Positions 42,006-51,900 of a DNA stretch of 64,000 bases are shown here, in pieces. Source of the stretch: Candidatus Latescibacterota bacterium. GTDB taxonomy: Bacteria; Latescibacterota; UBA2968; UBA8231. The translations under genes were made by a program, and so were the position numbers. The stretch is from contig CBDCSU010000006.1 in NCBI GenBank assembly GCA_965221775.1, positions 2,176,001-2,240,000 of the forward strand, given 5' to 3'. The notes under the pieces are model-generated. The model searched no databases. It was not told the DNA's origin and was given only the letters and a program-made list of their open reading frames with translations. How positions within the stretch are numbered: the stretch's first letter is position 1; the number at the start of each line of letters is the position of its first letter.

Positions 42006-44291
42006 ATGACGCTGGACCGCTACATCGCCGCTGTCCTCTCCTACCGGTGGCCCGTCGTCCTCCTCGCCTCGGTGGGGATGCTGGCCTTGGCGGCGGGTGC
42101 GCGCTTCATCACCGTCACCAACGACTACCGCATCCTCCTCGGTGAGGACAACCCGCAGCTGGCCGCCTTCGACGCCCTGCAGAACACCTACTCCGTCTCC
42201 AACCAGGTGTTGATCGCCGTAACGCCCCGGGACGGCACCGTCTTCAGCCGCCAGACCCTCGGCGTCATCGAGGAGTTGACCGAGGCCGGGTGGCGCACTC
42301 CCTACTCCGGCCGGGTGAACTCACTCACCAACTACACCCACAGCGAGGGCCTCGAGGACGACCTGGTGGTGGGCCCCCTCGTCGAGGACGCCCAGTCCCT
42401 GAGCGACAGGGATCTGCGGCGGGTGGAGGAGATCGCCCTCGGCGCGGCCGATATTGCCGGACGCCTCGTATCCCGGGACGGACGCACGGCCGGTCTGGCG
42501 ATCGACTTCGTCCTGCCCGAAGAGCACGACAAGGCGGTGGTGGAGATCACCGACTTCCTCCGTTCGGAGCTGGAGCAGGTCCGGGCGGACCATCCCGGCA
42601 TCGACTGCTACCTGACGGGCGACGTCGTCATGAGCCGGACCTTCGCCGACGCCACCCGGGACGATCTGGAGACCCTGACTCCGATCGTCTTTGTCATCAT
42701 CGTCGGCCTCACGGTGCTGATCCTGCGCTCCGTTCTGGGAGCCGCCGCGATCGTGGCGGTGCTGGTCTTCGTCGTCAACTCCACCGTGGGCTTCGCCGGA
42801 TGGAGGGGGGTCGTCTTCAGCCCCACCAATGCCGGCGTGCCGATCATCGTCATGGTCATCGCCATCGCCGATTCGATCCACATCGTCACGAGCGTCCTGC
42901 TGGGCCTGCGCCGTGGCCTGGAAAAGCACGCGGCGATCGCCGAATCGATGCGCATCAACGCCTATCCGGTCCTCATCACCTCGGTGACCACGGCCATCGG
43001 GTTCCTCAGTCTGAACGCCTCGGACTCGCCGCCCTTCCGGGTCCTCGGCAACTACGTGGCCTTCGGCGTGCTCTGCGCCTTCCTCTACACCATGACCCTC
43101 CTGCCCGCCCTGCTTTCCCTGCTGCCATTGCGGGCCCGTGCCGCCGGCGCGCAGCCGGGGAGAGCGGCGTTCTTCGACCGGCTGGCGGACTTCGTCATCG
43201 CCCGGCGCAAGCTCCTCCTCGGATCCCTCTCCCTGGGAGTAGTGGTCCTGATCATCGGCATCCCGCGCATCGAGCTGAGCGACAACATGGCCCGGTACTT
43301 CGACGACCGCTACGAGTTCCGGCGCCACACGGACTACATCGTCGACAACCTGACGGGCGTGGAGAAGCTGGAGTACTCCCTTGTTTCCGGGAGCGAAGGC
43401 GGCATCACCCGGCCCGAGTACCTGCGCAAGGTGGAGGCCTTCGCCGATTGGTTCCGCCAGCAGCCCGAGGTCACCCACGTGCAGGCTTTCCCGGATATCA
43501 TGAAACGTCTCAACAGGAACATGCACGGCGACGATCCGGCATACCATCGCGTGCCCGAAGACCCGGACCTGGCGGCGCAGTACCTGTTGCTCTACGAGCT
43601 CTCCCTTCCCTTCGGCAGCGACCTCAACGACCGCATCGACGTGGCCAAGTCGGCCACCCGCATGGTGGTGGTGACACGGAACGCCTGGTCCCGGGACCTG
43701 CGCGCTCTCGACCAGCGGGCCCTCGACTGGCTCGATGCGAATGTGCCCGACTTCTCCCAGGAGGCGTCCGGACTGAGCGTCGTCTTCGCCCACCTGTCCC
43801 TGCGGAACATCCACAGCATGCTGCGCGGGACGATCGTGGCCATGGCCCTCATCTCCTTCGTCCTCATATGGATCTTCCGGAGCGTCCGGGTCGGGCTCCT
43901 GAGTCTGCTTCCGAACTTCATACCGGCCCTCATGAGCTTTGGCCTGTGGGGCTATCTCGTGGGCCACGTGGGCATCGCTTCCTCCGTGGTGATCGCCGTC
44001 GTCTTCGGCATCGTCGTGGATGACACGGTTCACTTCCTGAGCAAGTACCTGAAGGCGCGGCGGGAGGGCCTTGAGGCCGCCGAGGCGGTGAGGTCCGCCT
44101 TTCACACGGTGGGTCATGCCTTGTGGACGACGACGGCGGTCCTCTCGGCCGGCTTCCTGGTCTTTGCCACATCGGGATTCGAGGTGAGCTGGGCCCTCGG
44201 CCTCCTCGTGACGTTCACGATCGTCTTCGCCCTGGTCGCCGATTTCCTGCTCCTTCCACCCCTGCTGATCGCCATCGACCGGAGGAAGTAG
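42006..44291 (+). CDS. MMPL/RND-family lipid transporter
   Basis: Two repeats; IAIADSIHIV and GIVVDDTVHFL acidic TM motifs; TSVTTAIGFLSL; LLPALL. Confidence 0.9.
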   Translation: MTLDRYIAAVLSYRWPVVLLASVGMLALAAGARFITVTNDYRILLGEDNPQLAAFDALQNTYSVSNQVLIAVTPRDGTVFSRQTLGVIEELTEAGWRTPYSGRVNSLTNYTHSEGLEDDLVVGPLVEDAQSLSDRDLRRVEEIALGAADIAGRLVSRDGRTAGLAIDFVLPEEHDKAVVEITDFLRSELEQVRADHPGIDCYLTGDVVMSRTFADATRDDLETLTPIVFVIIVGLTVLILRSVLGAAAIVAVLVFVVNSTVGFAGWRGVVFSPTNAGVPIIVMVIAIADSIHIVTSVLLGLRRGLEKHAAIAESMRINAYPVLITSVTTAIGFLSLNASDSPPFRVLGNYVAFGVLCAFLYTMTLLPALLSLLPLRARAAGAQPGRAAFFDRLADFVIARRKLLLGSLSLGVVVLIIGIPRIELSDNMARYFDDRYEFRRHTDYIVDNLTGVEKLEYSLVSGSEGGITRPEYLRKVEAFADWFRQQPEVTHVQAFPDIMKRLNRNMHGDDPAYHRVPEDPDLAAQYLLLYELSLPFGSDLNDRIDVAKSATRMVVVTRNAWSRDLRALDQRALDWLDANVPDFSQEASGLSVVFAHLSLRNIHSMLRGTIVAMALISFVLIWIFRSVRVGLLSLLPNFIPALMSFGLWGYLVGHVGIASSVVIAVVFGIVVDDTVHFLSKYLKARREGLEAAEAVRSAFHTVGHALWTTTAVLSAGFLVFATSGFEVSWALGLLVTFTIVFALVADFLLLPPLLIAIDRRK

Positions 44292-44294
44292 ATC

Positions 44295-45116
44295 ATGCCC
44301 CTGCCCCGGGTCCGACAAGTGCTCCGCTTCTCCTTCATGCCGGCCATGGCGTGGGCCCTTCTGGAAGTCCCGTCTCCCGCTCCATCCCGGGGATCCCCCG
44401 AGGAGGCGGCGGGGCTCCGGATCGCCAGGGAAGCCCGGTCCCTGGAGGAGGGCTTCGGCAGCTTCAGCGCCCGGCAGGTCATGGTGCTGCGCAACAAGCA
44501 GGGGCAGGAGAGCCGCCGCCAGCTGCGCGTGAGGGTTCTCGAGGTCCCGGGGGAGGGCGACAAGAGCCTCTTCGTCTTCGATGACCCTCCCGACGTGGAA
44601 GGCACGGCCCTGCTCATCCATGCGAACAAGGAAGACTCGGACGATCAGTGGCTGTATCTCCCGGCGCTGAAGCGCGTCAAGCGCATCAGCTCGTCGAACC
44701 GGTCGGGCTCCTTCATGGGCAGCGAGTTCGCCTATGAAGACCTGACCCCCCAGGCGGTGGAGAAGTTCACCTACCGGTACCTGCGGGACGAACCCTGCGG
44801 CCCGTCGACCTGCACGGTCTCCGAGCGGTTCCCCGTGGACAGGAAGTCGGGGTACAGCCGCCAGGTGGTCTGGCGCGACAAGGACGAGCTCCGGGTGTGG
44901 AAGGTCGAGTACTACGACCGCAAGGATGCCCATCTGAAGACGCTCACCCTCGATGACTATCAGCAGTACCTGGGGCGTTACTGGCGGGCGGGCGAGATGA
45001 CGATGGAGAACCACCTCACCGGCAAGAGCACCGTCCTGACCTGGACCGACTACCGGTTCGGTACCGACCTGGACAAGCGCGACTTCACACGGACCGGGCT
45101 GAGACGCGCCCGTTGA
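44295..45116 (+). CDS. LolA-like outer-membrane lipoprotein-sorting protein
   Basis: DVEGTALL, DDQWLYLPALKRVKRISSSNRSGSFMGSEFAYEDL. Confidence 0.88.
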   Translation: MPLPRVRQVLRFSFMPAMAWALLEVPSPAPSRGSPEEAAGLRIAREARSLEEGFGSFSARQVMVLRNKQGQESRRQLRVRVLEVPGEGDKSLFVFDDPPDVEGTALLIHANKEDSDDQWLYLPALKRVKRISSSNRSGSFMGSEFAYEDLTPQAVEKFTYRYLRDEPCGPSTCTVSERFPVDRKSGYSRQVVWRDKDELRVWKVEYYDRKDAHLKTLTLDDYQQYLGRYWRAGEMTMENHLTGKSTVLTWTDYRFGTDLDKRDFTRTGLRRAR

Positions 45117-46384
45117 TGAGGCTTCGGGGCGGTCTGCACCGCGCGCTGCCCCCGGCGGTCTGGATCCTGGCCTCGGCTCTCGCCGGAGGAGCGGGAGCCG
45201 CCCCCTGGCTGGATCACCGGTTCTCCGGGAGCGCCCGTGTCGAGACGCGCTGGTTTCCGGAGGCCCCGGCCCACGCGGTGCAAGGCCGTCACGCGAGCGG
45301 GTTCGTGACGGCCCCGCGCCTCTACCTCTCGGACCCCGGGGGCCGGAGCCTCACCGTCGCGCCAATCTTCCGATATGACTCCGCGGACCCCCGCCGCACC
45401 CATGCCGACCTTCGGGAGGCGGCGCTGCTGCTCTTCGGGGAAGTCGGCGACGGGGAGTGGGAGCTGCGGGCGGGCCTCGACCAGGTCTTCTGGGGCGTCG
45501 CCGAATCCCAGCACCTGGTCGACATCGTGAACCAGGTCGACTTCGTCGAGCATCCCGACGGCGAGGCCAAGCTGGGACAGGCCATGGTTCATCTCACCTG
45601 GTCCGGCGACTGGGGGGCGCTGGAGTTGTTCGGCCTTCCCTTTCACCGGGCCCGGACCTTTCCGGGCTCCTCGGGCCGGCTGCGCCTGCCTCTTGTCGTG
45701 AAGGAGAGTCCAGTCGAGTACGAGAGCGAAGCCGGGGCGCGGCACCTGGATCTGGCCGCCAGGTACAGTCAGGGTATCGGCCCCGCCGACGTCGGCCTGA
45801 GCCTCTTCCGGGGCACCAGCCGGGAGCCCTTCCTGCTCCTGGGCGCGGAGCCGGAACGCGGGCCAGCCCTGATCCAGCACTACGAGCAGATCCGGCAGGC
45901 CGGGCTGGACGTGCAACTGACGACCGGTTCGTGGCTGATCAAGCTGGAGGCCATTCACCGCGCCGGAGCCCGCAACCGCCTCGGCCGGGACGAGGACTAC
46001 GCCGCCTCGGTCATGGGGGCGGAGCAGACGCTCTATTCAGTGCTTGGCACCACGGCCGATCTCGGCCTGCTGGGCGAATGGAGCTACGATGGACGGGGGC
46101 CCAGGGCCACGCCGGGACGCACCCCGAATACCCTGGAGAACGACCTCTTCGTCGGCGGACGCCTCGCCCTGAACGATGTCCAGAGCACCGAGATTCTCGG
46201 CGGCCTGGTGATGGACCTGGAGCGTTCCACGCGCACCTTCGCCATCGAGCTCAACCGGCGGATCTCCGGCCGCTGGTCCCTGCGCCTGGAGGCGGTCGGT
46301 CTTCTCGCCATCGACGCGGCGGATCTCCACTACCCGACGCGCCGCGACAGCTTCGTCGATCTGGGTCTGAGCTGGAATCTGTAG
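45116..46384 (+). CDS. Putative outer-membrane beta-barrel, partner of the MMPL/LolA-like pair
   Basis: Signal peptide; DLREA, QVFWGVAES..LVDIVNQ, amphipathic strands, C-terminal LSWNL; start overlaps upstream stop. Confidence 0.7.
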   Translation: MRLRGGLHRALPPAVWILASALAGGAGAAPWLDHRFSGSARVETRWFPEAPAHAVQGRHASGFVTAPRLYLSDPGGRSLTVAPIFRYDSADPRRTHADLREAALLLFGEVGDGEWELRAGLDQVFWGVAESQHLVDIVNQVDFVEHPDGEAKLGQAMVHLTWSGDWGALELFGLPFHRARTFPGSSGRLRLPLVVKESPVEYESEAGARHLDLAARYSQGIGPADVGLSLFRGTSREPFLLLGAEPERGPALIQHYEQIRQAGLDVQLTTGSWLIKLEAIHRAGARNRLGRDEDYAASVMGAEQTLYSVLGTTADLGLLGEWSYDGRGPRATPGRTPNTLENDLFVGGRLALNDVQSTEILGGLVMDLERSTRTFAIELNRRISGRWSLRLEAVGLLAIDAADLHYPTRRDSFVDLGLSWNL

Positions 46385-46393
46385 CAGATGCGG

Positions 46394-46413
46394 CGGAGCC
46401 GGGTGCGGCTCCG
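46394..46413. terminator. GC-rich hairpin between convergent operons
   Basis: cggagccg-ggtg-cggctccg perfect 8-bp stem; no U-tract. Confidence 0.4.
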
Positions 46414-46421
46414 AGCCCTCG

Positions 46422-47360
46422 TCAGGCGCCGGCGAGGCCGGGATTCAGGATGTCGGGAAGGCTGAAGCGCACGTTCTCGACGATCCCGTCCATCGTCGAG
46501 ATCTCCAGTTGGGCGTGTCCCTTCAACCTGTCGATGAGCTCGTGCACCAGCTCCTCCGGTGTCGAGGCGCCGGCGGTGATGCCGATGCTCTCGACTCCCG
46601 CCAGCCACTCGGGATCCAGCTTTGAAGGATCCTCGATCAGATAGCTGGGCACGCCGATGTCGTTGCCCACCTCGCACAGGCGATTGGAGTTGGAGCTGTT
46701 CTCCGCGCCCACGACCAGCAACAGGTCGACCTCGGCGGCGAGGGCGCGCACCGCGGCCTGGCGGTTCTGGGTGGCGTAGCAGATGTCCTTCACGTCGGGT
46801 CCGAGGATCTTCGGGAAGCGTCGCCGCAGGGCCGTGATCACCTCCCGCGTATCGTCGACGGACAGGGTCGTCTGGGTGATGTAGGCGACCTTTTCGGGAT
46901 CCCGCACCTCGAGGGCCTCCACCCCTTCCGCGTCGCTCACCAGGAGAACCGGCCCCGGGATCTGTCCCACCGTGCCTTCCACCTCCGGATGGTTCTCGTG
47001 GCCGATGAGGATGATGTCGTACCCCTTGGCGGCGTAGCGCCGGCCCTCCTTGTGCACCTTGGAGACCAGGGGGCAGGTGGCATCGAGGGAACGCAGGTCA
47101 CGCGTCGCGGCATCCTCCTCGACCTTCCTCGATACGCCATGGGCGCTGAAGACGGTGATCGCGCCGTTGGGTACCTGGTCGATCTGTTCCACGAACCGGA
47201 CCCCCTTGGCCCGGAGGTTCTCGACGACCCGTGGATTGTGGACGATCTCGTGCCGTACGTAGATCGGGGGGCCGTACTGCTCCAGCGCTGCCTCGACGAT
47301 CTCGATGGCCCGCTCAACGCCGGCGCAGAATCCGCGGGGCTGGGCAAGAATGACTCGCAT
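46422..47360 (-). CDS. ispH: 4-hydroxy-3-methylbut-2-enyl diphosphate reductase
   Basis: [67 protein letters not shown]. Confidence 0.96.
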   Translation of the reverse strand: MRVILAQPRGFCAGVERAIEIVEAALEQYGPPIYVRHEIVHNPRVVENLRAKGVRFVEQIDQVPNGAITVFSAHGVSRKVEEDAATRDLRSLDATCPLVSKVHKEGRRYAAKGYDIILIGHENHPEVEGTVGQIPGPVLLVSDAEGVEALEVRDPEKVAYITQTTLSVDDTREVITALRRRFPKILGPDVKDICYATQNRQAAVRALAAEVDLLLVVGAENSSNSNRLCEVGNDIGVPSYLIEDPSKLDPEWLAGVESIGITAGASTPEELVHELIDRLKGHAQLEISTMDGIVENVRFSLPDILNPGLAGA

Positions 47361-47378
47361 CGTCTCTCCTCCTCTCGG

Positions 47379-48500
47379 CTACCTGTCGGCGACCTTCTTG
47401 AGGCCTGGGCGTCGTTCGGTGTTCAGGTCGGGGGAAGGCGGCGGCTCGAAACGCCCTCCCATGCGAGGTCGGGAGAGCCCTCGAGTCCACGCTTTGAAGA
47501 GGAGCTTCAAAGCCAGGTTGGAGCGCACCAGGGCACTGGTGACGAGGGCAACGGCCCGCACGCTGCGGCGGGAGATCTTCACTTCCTGTCCGTCCTTGAA
47601 GGACGGAGTGGCGTGAATGCGGCGCAAGGTGAGCACCGCCATCCCAAGGGCCCACAGACAGTGGCGGCGGATGCCGGTCTCGCGGGCGGGGATGATCAGG
47701 ATGTAGCCCAAGGCCTTCTCCAGGTGCCAGTGGGCGATGGCCACCAGCTCCAGGAGCCCGTCGATGAAGGCGGGGTCGTCCCGCCCGGCGGGAAGGGAGC
47801 GTATCTCGGAGCCGGCCTCGAGGAAGACGTCGCGCGGCAGCCAGCAGGCGCCGCGGCGGCGGTCGTCCCACATGTCCTTGAGGATGTTGGTCATCTGCAG
47901 GCCCTGCCCGAAGGAGACGGAGAGGGCGAGCAGGTCCTTGCGCCGTTCTGCGATTTCCGGTGAGTAGTCGCAGAACAGCTCGGTGAGCATCTCGCCGACG
48001 ACGCCGGCCACATGGTAGCAGTAGCGGTCGAGGTGTGGCAGATCGTCCAGGCCGTCCACCGTCGCCTGCTGCTGAAACTCGGACATCCCCCGGGACATGA
48101 TCCTCACGCAGCGCTCGAGGGCGGATCGCTGGGCGGGGCGGAAGCCCCGGGTGAGGCGGATGACCCGGGCGGTGTTGGCCACCAGGTCGTGCTCGCTCTC
48201 GGTCGTGGCGGAGGAGAGCAGGGCGCCGAGGTCGCGAGCGAAGGGCTGCGCCCCTTCGCGGCCGCTGACGACCTCGACGAAGCGCTCCGAGAAGGCCCGC
48301 TTCTGCGGGGCCGACAGGGCCGGCTCGTCCTCGATGGTGTCCGTGATCCGGCACAGGAGGTAGGCGTTGCCCACCACCTCGCGCAGCGGATCCGGAAGCT
48401 GCGGGATGGTGAGGGCGAAGGTCCGCGAGACCCCCTGGAGGATCTCCTCCTGGTAGGCGAGGTCGCTGTCTCTCGACCCGTTCGCCGAGGACCGCGTCAT
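47379..48500 (-). CDS. Squalene synthase (single-enzyme farnesyl-diphosphate farnesyltransferase type; squalene/phytoene synthase family)
   Basis: [53 protein letters not shown]; ATG 48500 overlaps the MFS stop. Confidence 0.85.
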   Translation of the reverse strand: MTRSSANGSRDSDLAYQEEILQGVSRTFALTIPQLPDPLREVVGNAYLLCRITDTIEDEPALSAPQKRAFSERFVEVVSGREGAQPFARDLGALLSSATTESEHDLVANTARVIRLTRGFRPAQRSALERCVRIMSRGMSEFQQQATVDGLDDLPHLDRYCYHVAGVVGEMLTELFCDYSPEIAERRKDLLALSVSFGQGLQMTNILKDMWDDRRRGACWLPRDVFLEAGSEIRSLPAGRDDPAFIDGLLELVAIAHWHLEKALGYILIIPARETGIRRHCLWALGMAVLTLRRIHATPSFKDGQEVKISRRSVRAVALVTSALVRSNLALKLLFKAWTRGLSRPRMGGRFEPPPSPDLNTERRPGLKKVADR

Positions 48501-49804
48501 CCCGGGGCCCTGCCGGCCGCCGGTATCCCGAAACGGTCGAGGGTGTTCTCCAGCGTCGGACGTCCGAGGCGGATCCGCCCGTCGTTCAACAGGAAGGAGA
48601 ACAGGTACCCGGCGGCGAGCATGAGGATGCCGATGAGGAAACAGTACATGACGGCCCTGTCGGGATAGACGTCCTTCAGGTGCCCCACGTAGAGCGGTCC
48701 GGCGATGCCGGCGGCGGCCCACGCCGTGAGGACCGCTCCGTAGATGGTGGACATCTTCTTCGTGCCGAAGACATCGAGGACGAAGGGCGGCATGGTGGCG
48801 AAGCCTCCCCCGAAGCAGAGAAGAACGTAGCAGACGAGGACGGAGAAGATCCAGGGGTTGGTCTCGGTCATGAGGATCCCGAAGACCACCATCTGACTGG
48901 CGAGAATGACTCGGAAGATCGTCACCCGTCCGAAGCGGTCGGAGAGCAATCCCCAGAACAGGCGCCCCAAGCCGTTGCAGATCGAGCTCACGGCGATGAG
49001 GGTGGCGCCGTACTCGGCCAGAGTGGTGGGCTCGATGGTGGTGTCCGCCAGGCCCCAGATCTCCTGGAGGAGCTCCGACTGGAAGCTGATCACGGAAATC
49101 CCGGCGGAGATGTTGAAGAAGAAGACGATCCACATGATGGTGAACTGGGTGGTGCGCAGGTAAGCGCCGGCGGAGTCGGGCTCGTCGAATCCGGGGGCCT
49201 CCTCCTCGGCGGCGGCGGGCAGTGCGGACTTCGGGGGATCGCTGAGGGCCAGGCTGCTGGGAATCAGGATGCAGGCGAAGACTATGCCGAGCCACACGAA
49301 GACCTGGGGCAGGGCTCCGGCGGTGCGGATGATCAGGAAGGGAGCCAGCCCCTTGCTCAGGAGAAAGGCCCCCACGCCGAAACCCATGACGACGATGCCG
49401 GTGGCCAGCCCCTTGCGGTCGGGGAACCACTTGGCAACCGTCGCCACCGGGGTCACGTATCCGAGGCCGATGCCCGCCCCGCCCACCACCCCGTAACCCA
49501 GGTAGAAGAGGGGCACCGAATCCAGGTGGAGGGCGGCCCCCGAGATCAGGTATCCAACCGAGAACAACAGGCTGCCGGCCACGGCGAGCCACCGCGGCCC
49601 GACCTTGGGAAGCATGTTGCCCGCCCAGGCGGCGGAGACGCCCAGGGTGAAGATGGCGATACTGAAGGCCCAGGCCGTCTCGGTATGGGTCCAGCCGACC
49701 TGCCGCACCAGCATGGTCTGGAAGAAGCTCCAGGCGTAGACCGTGCCGAAGCAGACCTGGAGGACCGTGCAGAAGAGGGCGATGACGCTTCGCGGCATGC
49801 GCAT
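48497..49804 (-). CDS. MFS transporter, oxalate/formate antiporter (OFA) family
   Basis: [55 protein letters not shown]. Confidence 0.88.
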   Translation of the reverse strand: MRMPRSVIALFCTVLQVCFGTVYAWSFFQTMLVRQVGWTHTETAWAFSIAIFTLGVSAAWAGNMLPKVGPRWLAVAGSLLFSVGYLISGAALHLDSVPLFYLGYGVVGGAGIGLGYVTPVATVAKWFPDRKGLATGIVVMGFGVGAFLLSKGLAPFLIIRTAGALPQVFVWLGIVFACILIPSSLALSDPPKSALPAAAEEEAPGFDEPDSAGAYLRTTQFTIMWIVFFFNISAGISVISFQSELLQEIWGLADTTIEPTTLAEYGATLIAVSSICNGLGRLFWGLLSDRFGRVTIFRVILASQMVVFGILMTETNPWIFSVLVCYVLLCFGGGFATMPPFVLDVFGTKKMSTIYGAVLTAWAAAGIAGPLYVGHLKDVYPDRAVMYCFLIGILMLAAGYLFSFLLNDGRIRLGRPTLENTLDRFGIPAAGRAPG

Positions 49805-49819
49805 CGCTGAACCGATCCC

Positions 49820-50563
49820 CTAGGGACGGCTCTCCGGCGGCGCCCCCGGCCCGTCCGGGGCCGGGGATCCACCCGAGACGTGGCGGAAGAGGCGGGCCAG
49901 GTCCCCTACCTCGTCATCGCGGGCCAGGAGCTCCTCCTTGGCGGCCTCCTCCTCAACCTCGCCGCCGGACAGCTCCACGGCATAGGAGAGCAGCGAGCCC
50001 AGCGGCTTGGCGGCGAGGTTGACGAGCCAGATGGAGGCCAGGACTCCGACGACGAGGAAGATGCTGATGAGGATCACCTGCTGGCCGATGGCCCGCTGAA
50101 TCTTGAGACCGATGATGTCGAGGTCCATGCCCACGTGGACGGTGCCGCCCACGCCGGCCAGGATCGGGCTGCCGACTTCCATGAAGTCGCCCATCCCCGG
50201 AATGCTCCGTTGGACGGGCTCGGTGCTGGCCGGATCGCTGGCGAGGACCTGCTCGGGTATGCCGGGCACGAAGGTGTGGGCCAGGTACTCGCCTTCTTCG
50301 CTGGTGATGTAGATGTAGCGGATCCCCTGGATCTCGACGAACTGGTCGATGAGGGATTGCAGCGTCGCCAGGTTTCTGTTGAGAAGGATGTCGACGCTGG
50401 AGTCGGCGATGCTCTTGGCGATGTTCCTGCAGTTGGTCTCGTACTCCTTCGACAGCTGAGTGTCCACCGTGTAAATGCACAGGGCGGAGGTGGACAGGAC
50501 GATCAGCCCGAAGAGGGCGAAGATGCCGAAGCGGGTCTTCTGAAAGAGCTTCTGGATCTTCAT
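49820..50563 (-). CDS. Membrane sensor-like protein (TM-periplasmic domain-TM-HAMP) with no output domain
   Basis: Two TMs; KPLGSL...[12 protein letters not shown] then a Pro/Gly tail and stop; start ATG 50563 or GTG 50575. Confidence 0.75.
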   Translation of the reverse strand: MKIQKLFQKTRFGIFALFGLIVLSTSALCIYTVDTQLSKEYETNCRNIAKSIADSSVDILLNRNLATLQSLIDQFVEIQGIRYIYITSEEGEYLAHTFVPGIPEQVLASDPASTEPVQRSIPGMGDFMEVGSPILAGVGGTVHVGMDLDIIGLKIQRAIGQQVILISIFLVVGVLASIWLVNLAAKPLGSLLSYAVELSGGEVEEEAAKEELLARDDEVGDLARLFRHVSGGSPAPDGPGAPPESRP

Positions 50564-51900
50564 CAGGAGAGCCACCCCTGCCAGTCGTCGAGGGTCACGA
50601 AGCGGCCGTCGCGGACGACGGTGTAGTAGACCCGCTGCAGCCCCTGCCGGCGAGTGGGTCCGAAGGAGACCTGCTCGCCGATGCCGAGATCGAAGTCGCG
50701 CACCGAGAACACCGCTTCCTCCAGCCCGGCCCTGTCGGGGGCGCCCTCCAGGCGCCGCAGGATCTCGGCCATCAGCTTGGCGTCGAGGAAGCCCTCCAGG
50801 CTGACGAAGCTCTGGGGGAACGGGCTGTAGGGTTCCTTGACGAGCTCCTCCGGAATCTGGGGGTCGTAGTGCGCCATCCGCTCGCGGTACTCCCGAACCG
50901 CGGGAATGGAGGTGTCCTCGTAGCTGGGTACGACCTGGGAGTTGACCAGGAGCCGCGTGTAGGGCTCGGGGTCGTCGCGGCCCTCGGTGAGCAGCTTGAG
51001 GAGGTTCTCGCTGCCCACGAAGGAGAGATTGGCGATGGGGACCCGAAGGCCCAGGTCGACAGCGTCGCGGGCGAAGCCGGCGCAGGCCGCGTAGGACCCG
51101 ATGCAGATGACGGCGTCGGGCGAGGCCCCCGTCAGGATCTCGACCTGACGCCTCATGCTGCCGGTGAACCTCTGACCCCGGCGGTAGGTCGCCTCGCCGA
51201 CGATCTTGCCGTCATGCTTCCTGAGGGCCGCCCGCACCCCCGCCCAGCCGCTGCGGCCGTAGGCGTCGGCCTGGTAGAACACGGCGATGCGCTTCCGGCC
51301 CGCGCGAACGAAGTTGTCCACGAGGCCGGCGGTCTCCTGGCGGTAGGAAGCGCGGAGGTTGAAGGCGAAGTCGCCGTAGGGCGGCTCCCTCTGGGGCTGG
51401 GCCCCGGTGAAGGGGAAGAACAGGTAGACCCGCTCGTCCTGGAACTTCTTCAGCAGCGGCAGGACGCGGGTGACGGTAGGCGTGCCCACGTAGCCGAAGA
51501 GCAGGAAGACGCGGTCCTCCAGCATGAGCTTCATGGTGTTGCGCACGCACGGGTCCGGCTGGTAGCCGTCGTCGTAGAGCTTGAGGGTGATCCGGCGGCC
51601 GCCGATGCCGCCGTTGTCGTTGACGTGGTTGAAGCAGGCCTTGGCGCCGCGGTAGAGCTCGCTGCCCAGGCCGCGGGAGGGACCGGAGAAGGCGGCGGAC
51701 ATACCGAGGACGATCTCGTCCTCGGAGGCCCGGTAGGGCTCGACGCCGGCGGCCCGGCCCGCCGACAAGAGCACGCCGGCGGCCCCGGAGCCGGCGCCCA
51801 AGCCCAGCCAGGGCGCCGCCAGGAGCCCGGACAGGCCGCGGCGGAGCAGGGCCCTCCGCGTCAGGACCTTCTCTTGGCCGGCAGCCTCGGGCGGGTGCAT
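50563..51900 (-). CDS. Tat-exported periplasmic ligand-binding protein (paralog of 34711-35898)
   Basis: LTRRALL twin-arginine signal; GMSAAFSGPS, DDGYQP, GYVGTPT, NLRASY, SLEGFLDA. Confidence 0.85.
   Translation of the reverse strand: MHPPEAAGQEKVLTRRALLRRGLSGLLAAPWLGLGAGSGAAGVLLSAGRAAGVEPYRASEDEIVLGMSAAFSGPSRGLGSELYRGAKACFNHVNDNGGIGGRRITLKLYDDGYQPDPCVRNTMKLMLEDRVFLLFGYVGTPTVTRVLPLLKKFQDERVYLFFPFTGAQPQREPPYGDFAFNLRASYRQETAGLVDNFVRAGRKRIAVFYQADAYGRSGWAGVRAALRKHDGKIVGEATYRRGQRFTGSMRRQVEILTGASPDAVICIGSYAACAGFARDAVDLGLRVPIANLSFVGSENLLKLLTEGRDDPEPYTRLLVNSQVVPSYEDTSIPAVREYRERMAHYDPQIPEELVKEPYSPFPQSFVSLEGFLDAKLMAEILRRLEGAPDRAGLEEAVFSVRDFDLGIGEQVSFGPTRRQGLQRVYYTVVRDGRFVTLDDWQGWLS

Noticed and set aside
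46422-48500. Hopanoid or carotenoid gene cluster
   Set aside because: Only squalene synthase and ispH are present; no cyclase, desaturase or hpn genes in the window
48501-49592. Apparent long N-terminal extension of squalene synthase (and similarly of the kinase at 35442-35903 and the ORF at 61723-62535)
   Set aside because: Off-frame overlaps with the upstream genes; true starts lie at the stop/start junctions, so these are not fusions or frameshifts
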